Source: Patescibacteria group bacterium
GTDB taxonomy: Bacteria > Patescibacteriota > Minisyncoccia > JAHIHE01 > JAGLIN01
Length of the DNA: 64,000 nucleotides
Assembly (NCBI GenBank): GCA_041670805.1
Contig: JBAXYM010000001.1
Span: forward strand, 29,612-93,611
Direction: 5' to 3'
The notes under the pieces were generated by a model, which saw nothing but the letters and a program-made list of their open reading frames with translations, was not told the origin of the DNA and did no database searches. Made by a program: the position numbers and the translations under genes. Below, piece after piece: positions 57,331 to 64,000 of this stretch; positions within the stretch are counted from its first letter, which is position 1; the number at the start of each line of letters is the position of its first letter.

Positions 57331-58581
57331 ATGCCAAAAATCATACGCAGCAAAAATCGCAGCCTTCTTTCCCGAATGCCCAGGATGGAACAGACTACTT
57401 TCGATGTGTCGTTTGTTCATTTTCTGTTGATGTTCGGTTATAAGTTGTTTTCGCTTTTTTACCCGCTCTATTTGGCGTCTGTCGGAATTTCTTTGATCCA
57501 TATCGGCAACATATATTTTCTCACTTATTCCATCATTGCCATCCTTTGCCCGGTCGTCAATTTTTACATTCGCAGAATCAATCCTGCCAAGGTGGCAGCG
57601 CTGGGAATTCTGGGCTATGGGATTTTCGCCCTGCTGATGCTCCTCAGCCAAAATATCGCCGTTTTCTATCTGGCGCAGGTCATTTTGGGAGTAAGCGCGG
57701 CGGCATGGCTGGTGTCGCTCAAGTTTATTCTTATGAACTCAAAACCGGAGAGCCAGACCAAAAGTTTCGGCTGGTTTTATTCCATGCCAAGTTATGCGAC
57801 GGCCATCGCGCCGGCGATGGGAGGAATAATTATTTGGAAGTTCGGTTTTCGGGGAGTGTTTTTCGCCAGCGTAATCATTCAATTTCTGAACACGATCTAT
57901 GCCTATTCACGGCTGCGAAAAAATGCGGACGTATTGGGTTTCAAAAATCAAAGAGACAATCCGGGGATCGGGAGCATGAGTCAGCTAAAAAGATACCGCG
58001 AAGTTTTTCACATCATCAACAAGCGCAAGGACGTGCTGGTGATGCTCTTTTTTATTTTCGCCGCCCTCATTATGAGCGGAATTTACAGCGCCTTTTTCGT
58101 GCTGCTTCTCAAAGACCTTTCTTTCTCGCAAGAGGAAGTGATAAGATTTACGTCCGCCATTTCGTTCGTTTATGTGCCGTTTTCGATTTTGGTCATCAAA
58201 CTTATGGGAAAATTCCGCAAAACGAAAGTCGTAAGCGCGGGAATAGCCACGGAGGGAGCCGCGGCGATTATTTTGGGAAGCTTCTATTCCGTTCTGGGCG
58301 TGGGCGCGCTTTTTGTTTTGAATATCTTGGATGCCATGGGCGCGCTGGCATTGGGCAGCGGCAAGAGCGCTTTCTTCGCCAAAAAACTAAAAGATTTTCA
58401 ACAAGAGGCCTCGACTATTGATTCAATAATGACTACGCTCGGTCCGGCGCTGGGCGGACTTTTGGGCGGCATCGCCGTTTCGATATGGGGCTATCAAAAA
58501 ACTTTTTTACTGGCAGGCGTCGTGGTTTTTGCAATGGGGATATATTCGCTGTCTTTTAAGTTTAATGAGAGAAAAGGTTGA
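57331..58581 (+). CDS. MFS transporter
   Basis: 12 TM; typical MFS topology. Confidence 0.8.
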   Translation: MPKIIRSKNRSLLSRMPRMEQTTFDVSFVHFLLMFGYKLFSLFYPLYLASVGISLIHIGNIYFLTYSIIAILCPVVNFYIRRINPAKVAALGILGYGIFALLMLLSQNIAVFYLAQVILGVSAAAWLVSLKFILMNSKPESQTKSFGWFYSMPSYATAIAPAMGGIIIWKFGFRGVFFASVIIQFLNTIYAYSRLRKNADVLGFKNQRDNPGIGSMSQLKRYREVFHIINKRKDVLVMLFFIFAALIMSGIYSAFFVLLLKDLSFSQEEVIRFTSAISFVYVPFSILVIKLMGKFRKTKVVSAGIATEGAAAIILGSFYSVLGVGALFVLNILDAMGALALGSGKSAFFAKKLKDFQQEASTIDSIMTTLGPALGGLLGGIAVSIWGYQKTFLLAGVVVFAMGIYSLSFKFNERKG

Positions 58582-58595
58582 GAGAATGTTTTTGT

Positions 58596-58860
58596 CCGCT
58601 TTTACTTGTCATTCCGGAATTTCGGTACTCCGAAATATCCGGAATCCCGCAGCTATGCAAGACAAGTATGGATTATGAATTTCGGATCACATCAGAAATG
58701 ATGTGAACCACGCGGGACAAAACGTTCTTGCGTAATATTTCACACCATTTCTGGTGTGGTCCGGATACAAGGCTGGATTTTCTGCTGCGCAAATTCCGAC
58801 AACTTTTAGAAAGCAAAAAAATAGGCATCAGGAAGTACAGGCGGGCAAGTTCGTCATTTT
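58596..58860. repeat. composite repeat: family A (A9) + B (B12) + C-like
   Basis: Same modules as the other composite copies. Confidence 0.9.
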
Positions 58861-58922
58861 CTCGACAAAAAACCTGTTTGTGATATTATAAATCTATAGA
58901 TAATCATTCACTTAAGAAAGCT

Positions 58923-59336
58923 ATGAATATCATTATTAAAGGAACAAACTTGGAGCTTCACAATGACCTCAAGGAATATGCGGAAGAGAAAGTTGGCGGG
59001 CTTAAGAAGTTTTTGGAAGACATTGACTTGAACGGAAACCGCGTAGTGGCGCGTATTGAGCTTGCCAAGACGACACAGCACCACCAGCAGGGAGACATCT
59101 ACAAGGCGGAAGTAAATTTGCAGTTGCCGAAAAAGATGTTTAGGTCGGTAGTGGAGAGCGATGATATTTATAAGGCAATCGACGACGTGAAGGACGAACT
59201 CAAGATTATGATCAACGAGTATAAGACGGAGAAAATGGGTAAGTCGCGAAGAGGGCGCAAAATCATCAAAGACTTGAAACGCATTTCACCGCTTGCTTGG
59301 GCAAAAGATGAATTTCGTAAATTGCGCGGGAAATAA
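58923..59336 (+). CDS. hpf: ribosome hibernation promoting factor (HPF/RaiA family, short form + basic tail)
   Basis: 'MNIIIKGTNLELHNDLKEYAEEKV...IYKAEVNLQLP'. Confidence 0.85.
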   Translation: MNIIIKGTNLELHNDLKEYAEEKVGGLKKFLEDIDLNGNRVVARIELAKTTQHHQQGDIYKAEVNLQLPKKMFRSVVESDDIYKAIDDVKDELKIMINEYKTEKMGKSRRGRKIIKDLKRISPLAWAKDEFRKLRGK

Positions 59337-59363
59337 AAACTTGTCGATCTTTTTGCGAGGGGG

Positions 59364-59390
59364 GCGAAATTTGATTTCGCTTCTTTCCTT
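59364..59390 (+). terminator. terminator candidate after hpf
   Basis: gcgaaat-ttg-atttcgc followed by ttctttcctt. Confidence 0.4.
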
Positions 59391-59493
59391 GTTATACCAA
59401 GTTAGCTCAATCCGTTGGCACAATGCTCCACGTAGGGATTGTGGTATGGATTCAGTTGGTTTGACAGTCAGCTAAATATTAAGATTAAAACCT

Positions 59494-62154
59494 ATGTCAA
59501 TTTTAGATAAGATTTTCGGGGATCCGAATGAAAAAGAAGTCAAGAAAATGCGGCCGATGATCGATAAAATAAACGCGCTGGAAGAAGAATACAAAAAAAT
59601 GTCAGACGAGGATCTGCGGGGGCGGACGGATATTTTTAAAGCGCGCATCGAGAAGGGAGAAGATTTAGATGCCCTTTTGCCGGAAGCTTTTGCCACAGTG
59701 CGCGAAACCGCCAGCCGGGTGCTGAGGCAGAGGCATTACGACGTCCAGCTTATCGGAGGCATTGTGCTCCACAAAGGACAGATTTCGGAAATGAAAACCG
59801 GAGAAGGGAAAACGCTGGTCTCGACTCTGCCGGTCTATTTGAACGCGCTCACGGGAAAAGGCGTACATATCGTGACGGTAAACGATTATTTGGCAAAACG
59901 GGACGCCAATTGGATGGGTCCGATTTATCATTTTCTGGGACTCAGCGTTTCGGCGATCCAACACGAGCATTCATATCTCTTTGAGCCGCAGACCAAGCCG
60001 GACGGGCAAGAAGTCACGGTGGAAATGCAAAATTTAAGCGAGATTTCCCGCAAGGAAGCTTACGCCGCGGACATAACTTACGGAACCAACAATGAATTCG
60101 GTTTCGATTATTTGCGCGACAATATGGCGGTGCAGCATCGGCAACTGGTGCAGCGCGAACTCAATTTCGCGGTAGTGGACGAAATCGACAGCATTCTTAT
60201 CGACGAGGCGAGAACGCCGCTCATTATTTCCGCGCCGGATATGGATTCGGACAGCATGTATGACAGTTTTTCGCGCCTGGTGCCGCGGCTGCAAAAAGAA
60301 ACCGACTACACTGTCGATGAAAAAATGCACGCGGTCAGTCTCACGGAAGAGGGAATTGATCATGTGGAGCAGCTATTGGGAATGCAAAATATTTACGACG
60401 AAGGCGGAATCGCGCTGGTGCATCACTTGGAGCAAGCACTCAAAGCGGAAATACTTTTCAAGCGCGACAAAGATTATATGGTACAAGACGACGAAGTTAT
60501 TATCATCGACGAATTCACCGGACGCGCAATGCCGGGCAGAAGATTCAGCGAGGGGCTGCATCAGGCGATAGAAGCGAAAGAAAAAGTAAAGATCCAAAAA
60601 GAAAGCCGGACTTTGGCGACCATTACTTTTCAAAATTATTTCCGCCTTTACAAAAAGCTGGCCGGTATGACCGGAACGGCCGCCACTTCTTCCGAAGAGT
60701 TCGGAAAAGTTTACAAACTGGAAGTGCTGGAAATTCCGACCAACAACCCGATTATAAGAAATGACCGTCCCGACTCGATTTACAAGACCGAAAGGGGAAA
60801 ATTTCAGGCGCTGGTGCGGGAAATAAAAGCGCGGCATGAAAAAGGCCAGCCGGTTTTGGTAGGAACCATTTCCATTGAGAAATCGGAGGCGATCAGCGAG
60901 CTTTTGAAAAGAGAAGGCATCCGGCACGAGGTTTTGAATGCCAAATTCCACGAGAAAGAAGCGCTCATCGTCGCCAACGCCGGACAGCGCGGCGCGGTAA
61001 CCATCGCCACCAATATGGCGGGACGGGGGACAGACATCAAGCTGGGCGAGGGCGTAAAGGAATTGGGCGGACTCTGTATTCTGGGAACAGAGAGGCACGA
61101 AGCGCGCCGCATCGACAATCAGCTCCGCGGACGCAGCGGACGGCAGGGCGAACCGGGCGAGACGCAATTCTATGTGTCCACCGAAGACCATTTGATGCGC
61201 GTGTTCGGTTCTGAAAAGATGAAAAAGGTGATGGACACTTTCGGCATCGAGGAAGATATGCCTATCGAGAATTCTTTCATCTCCAAACAAATTGAAGCGG
61301 CGCAGAAAAAAATCGAGGGCTACAACTTCGATCTGCGCAAGCACATTCTCGATTATGACGACGTAATGAACAAGCAGCGGGAGTCGATTTATAAACGCCG
61401 GCGGGAAATTTTGGCGGCCACCGCAAAACTTGAAGAAAAAAACGACGATACGCCGATAACCAAAGAGACTTTTCCCGAACTTCTCAAGCTCAAAGACAAA
61501 ATCCTGAATATGCTGGAAAAACAAATCCAAGACATTGTCTCGGTGCACTGCACGGACTTGCGCGGCAATTGGGACGAGAAAGGAATGTGGGAAGCAGTCA
61601 ACAAAATTTCGCCCTTGGAGAAGGAAACTCAAAATAAGCTGGAGGAAATCATGCAATCCGACAAGCCGGACGAAATGGCAAAGGGAGAACTTGTGGATTT
61701 GTTTTATAGCGCAATCGGCGCCGATTACAGCGAGAAAGAAAAAGGCGTGGGCTACGAAACAACGCGCCAGATCGAAAAGATGGTACTGCTACGCAGTATC
61801 GATATGCTCTGGATGGAACATCTGACTTCCATGGATTGCCTGCGCGACGGCATCGGACTGCGCGGCTACGGACAAAGAGATCCGCTGGTGGAATACAAAA
61901 AGGAAGCTTACCGAATGTATCACGACCTGCTCAAAGCCATCGAGAACAACGTGGTGACTTCACTCTTCAAGATCCAAGTCGCGCGCAAGATCGAGTCGCC
62001 GATGGAAAGCAAAAACGTCCAAGAAAGTGGCGGAAGCGTCGATGAGTCGGAGACAAATAAGCCGGAAGTAAATACTAATAAGACAGGGAGGAATGAGTTG
62101 TGCAGTTGCGGGAGCGGACTTAAGTATAAGAAGTGTTGCGGGAAAAACGCATAA
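59494..62154 (+). CDS. secA: preprotein translocase ATPase SecA
   Basis: 886 aa; Walker A 'MKTGEGKT', DEAD-like 'VVDEIDSILIDEA', C-terminal zinc finger 'CSCGSGLKYKKCCG'. Confidence 0.97.
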   Translation: MSILDKIFGDPNEKEVKKMRPMIDKINALEEEYKKMSDEDLRGRTDIFKARIEKGEDLDALLPEAFATVRETASRVLRQRHYDVQLIGGIVLHKGQISEMKTGEGKTLVSTLPVYLNALTGKGVHIVTVNDYLAKRDANWMGPIYHFLGLSVSAIQHEHSYLFEPQTKPDGQEVTVEMQNLSEISRKEAYAADITYGTNNEFGFDYLRDNMAVQHRQLVQRELNFAVVDEIDSILIDEARTPLIISAPDMDSDSMYDSFSRLVPRLQKETDYTVDEKMHAVSLTEEGIDHVEQLLGMQNIYDEGGIALVHHLEQALKAEILFKRDKDYMVQDDEVIIIDEFTGRAMPGRRFSEGLHQAIEAKEKVKIQKESRTLATITFQNYFRLYKKLAGMTGTAATSSEEFGKVYKLEVLEIPTNNPIIRNDRPDSIYKTERGKFQALVREIKARHEKGQPVLVGTISIEKSEAISELLKREGIRHEVLNAKFHEKEALIVANAGQRGAVTIATNMAGRGTDIKLGEGVKELGGLCILGTERHEARRIDNQLRGRSGRQGEPGETQFYVSTEDHLMRVFGSEKMKKVMDTFGIEEDMPIENSFISKQIEAAQKKIEGYNFDLRKHILDYDDVMNKQRESIYKRRREILAATAKLEEKNDDTPITKETFPELLKLKDKILNMLEKQIQDIVSVHCTDLRGNWDEKGMWEAVNKISPLEKETQNKLEEIMQSDKPDEMAKGELVDLFYSAIGADYSEKEKGVGYETTRQIEKMVLLRSIDMLWMEHLTSMDCLRDGIGLRGYGQRDPLVEYKKEAYRMYHDLLKAIENNVVTSLFKIQVARKIESPMESKNVQESGGSVDESETNKPEVNTNKTGRNELCSCGSGLKYKKCCGKNA

Positions 62155-62163
62155 ATCATCAAT

Positions 62164-62553
62164 ATGATAGATCAAATTACAGTTAGGTTAAAACCGGGAC
62201 AAGATCTAAAACAAGAAATTGAAGATGTCGTTAAGCAGAAGGATATCAAAGCTGGAATTATTGCTTCCATTGTAGGAAGTTTGACCAAAGCGGTCTTGAG
62301 AATAGCAGACGGTGTGAATGTAAAACAGTGGGATGGGCTATTTGAAATAGTTTCCGGAACGGGAACTGTATCTGTAAACGGCTGCCACATCCATATATCC
62401 ATTGCCGATCGAGAGGGTGCAGTTTTTGGTGGACACCTGAAACAAGGCTGTGTCATAAATACTACTGTTGAATTAGTAATTCTGTTTTTTAAGAATACTG
62501 AATTTAAAAGGTTGCCGGATGAAACAACCGGTTACAATGAATTAGTGGCATGA
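62164..62553 (+). CDS. PPC (DUF296) domain protein
   Basis: 'ITVRLKPGQDL...KAGIIASIVGSL' fits the PPC/PCC fold. Confidence 0.55.
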   Translation: MIDQITVRLKPGQDLKQEIEDVVKQKDIKAGIIASIVGSLTKAVLRIADGVNVKQWDGLFEIVSGTGTVSVNGCHIHISIADREGAVFGGHLKQGCVINTTVELVILFFKNTEFKRLPDETTGYNELVA

Positions 62554-62878
62554 TAGGATAGAGCAAGGCTTTAGTGCCCATACGTCGTATGATGTTAAAT
62601 CTAAAAGTGTTGCGGGAAGTAAATCAATCTAATTTGTTCTTACGAAGATTACATTAGGTAACAGATTAAGTTAATTCGGTATAACTCACGATTTTTGGGG
62701 TGCAGCGGAACAAAGTTGAGAAATTCTTTCAATTGATTTCAGACTTTACGATAAACATTTTTACTTTAGATATCGCGTTCAAGCGATTCCTCAATCGGAG
62801 TACCTCATTTCGGAATGACACAAAGACAAAGAAATTTGTTGGAAAAAATGTATAAAAATCGTAAAAAATAAAAAAAAT

Positions 62879-63340
62879 ATGGAAAATAATCTTTATCTAA
62901 AATTAGCCATAGACAAATCGCAAGAATCATTTGAAAAAGGATTCTTTCCTGCCGGTGCTGTCATTGTATTAAATGGTAAAATTTTATCTTCAAAGACCAG
63001 CAATTCTTTTCCCGGATATAACCACGCCGAATACAACGCTATCGACGAAGCTTTCGCTAAATCCAACAGCGACCTTTCAAATGCTGTGCTATATACTTCT
63101 ATGGAGCCATGCCTCATGTGTATGGCGAAAGCATATTGGGCGGGAATTAGGAAAATTGTTTTTGCGATTGGCAAAGAATCTATGAATAAAAAATATTACG
63201 AAGGCGCCTACAAGAATAAGAACCAGATAGAATCTCTTAATGAGAAAATGGAATTTTTACAAGTACGGAACATGGAAAAGGAAGCGTTAAAAATTGTTGA
63301 GACTTGGGAAAACAGTTTCAAGACATCTCTAAAAAAATAA
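62879..63340 (+). CDS. CMP/dCMP-type zinc deaminase (TadA/guanine-deaminase-like)
   Basis: 'HAEYNAI' and 'PCLMC' zinc-binding motifs. Confidence 0.8.
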   Translation: MENNLYLKLAIDKSQESFEKGFFPAGAVIVLNGKILSSKTSNSFPGYNHAEYNAIDEAFAKSNSDLSNAVLYTSMEPCLMCMAKAYWAGIRKIVFAIGKESMNKKYYEGAYKNKNQIESLNEKMEFLQVRNMEKEALKIVETWENSFKTSLKK

Positions 63341-63413
63341 GGTGGCAAAAGAAAGATGATGCTTTTAGATATTTTTGCAATATAACCCATTGACTATCTA
63401 ACCAAACCAAAAT

Positions 63414-63626
63414 ATGCCAAAAAATGAAATCAGCAAAGAAATTTTTGACCGGGAAACATCCATGTGCGGGAAGTTGAACAAAAAGAATGGCGGCAAGTGC
63501 TGTTGGGGAGAATGCAAAAACTGCGGAGTGATTCCACTTCTTTATAAACTCCATAAGGGCGAACTTTTGGAAAAGGCGGAGGAGATAGAGAAGATAAAGA
63601 TGGGGTTATACGAGCAAGGACAGTGA
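63414..63626 (+). CDS. small Cys-rich hypothetical protein
   Basis: 'MCGKLNKKNGGKCCWGECKNCG' suggests a Cys-rich metal-binding knuckle. Confidence 0.3.
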   Translation: MPKNEISKEIFDRETSMCGKLNKKNGGKCCWGECKNCGVIPLLYKLHKGELLEKAEEIEKIKMGLYEQGQ

Positions 63627-63646
63627 TTGAAAAACAAATTGTTAGA

Positions 63647-63757
63647 CGGAGTAGCACGGCTTTAGCCTGCGCCGCTGTCCAATACGGACAGAACAAGCTT
63701 ATACGATCGCCCCATCCGGCTTGGGATAGCCGCGCAGGCTAAAGCCTGCACTCCGCC
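63647..63757. repeat. family-D MITE-like repeat (copy D4)
   Basis: 'ggagtagcacggctttagcctgcgcc...ggatagccgcgcaggctaaagcctgcactccgcc'. Confidence 0.85.
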
Positions 63758-63930
63758 ATATCCTTCCGTTTTCTTTCGCGCCCCCGTAAAAAACTTGTAA
63801 AATTGAAAAAAGTTTATTATACTGGGGAGGTCGGTTAACATTGTTATTTTAGAACGTCCGCTTAGTCACCGAAAAGACGAAAAAAATCGCCTTGGTCGGT
63901 TTTTTATATTTAATCTAATTTTCAGCAATT

Positions 63931-64000
63931 ATGTCAAGCAAAAGAAAGCTAATCCTCAATTTTGTGCTAATCCTGATTCTGTTTACAGCGAGTGCCTACG
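63931..64000 (+). CDS. start of a membrane/secreted protein (truncated by window end)
   Basis: 'MSSKRKLILNFVLILILFTASAY' looks like a signal peptide/TM. Confidence 0.3.
   Translation, partial: MSSKRKLILNFVLILILFTASAY

Noticed and set aside
12051-58790. Whether the recurring 18-mer 'cacaccagaaatggtgtg' copies form a CRISPR array
   Set aside because: Copies come as inverted pairs with a conserved 'spacer', are scattered over 46 kb at irregular intervals in both orientations, and have no cas genes nearby. The MITE/REP-like repeat explanation fits better.
62782-62825. Degenerate family-A-like segment (cctcaatcggagtacctcatttcggaatgac) upstream of the deaminase gene
   Set aside because: It is too short and diverged to call a repeat copy with confidence. 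It is mentioned only as a possible relic.

Overview
This 64-kb window comes from a low-GC bacterium with a streamlined, CPR/Patescibacteria-like coding style. Most genes lack a Shine-Dalgarno sequence, tRNA genes do not encode CCA, and nucleotide-salvage enzymes are numerous (three NUDIX, a LOG-like protein, a PRTase-like protein, two deaminases). Core housekeeping genes are present: prfA, rpmE, rpsB-tsf, rpmG, rplJ-rplL, murB, hpf, secA, uppS, pcm, mltG, and tRNAs Thr(UGU), Thr(GGU), Trp(CCA) and Tyr(GUA). There is a 1369-aa secreted S8 subtilase next to a clan GH-A glycosidase. A roughly 15-kb Wzx-type polysaccharide locus runs from 26.2 to 41.6 kb and includes GT2, several GT4, CE4, a GT-C-like membrane protein, a pyruvyl transferase, a flippase, an epimerase and a PP-loop protein. 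The window starts inside a hybrid histidine kinase and contains tandem sufS paralogs. The most unusual signal is non-coding. At least four families of modular palindromic repeats (called A, B, C/A', D here, plus F/G) fill most intergenic spaces. They combine into composite elements up to about 465 bp, and two such composites lie in inverted orientation directly either side of rplJ-rplL. Smaller observations: partial 3'-end copies of tRNA-Tyr, a duplicated prfA 3' fragment fused to a PIN-like ORF, a truncated radical-SAM SPASM remnant, a permuted kinase pseudogene, and a small hairpin that shows compensatory covariation between its two copies.
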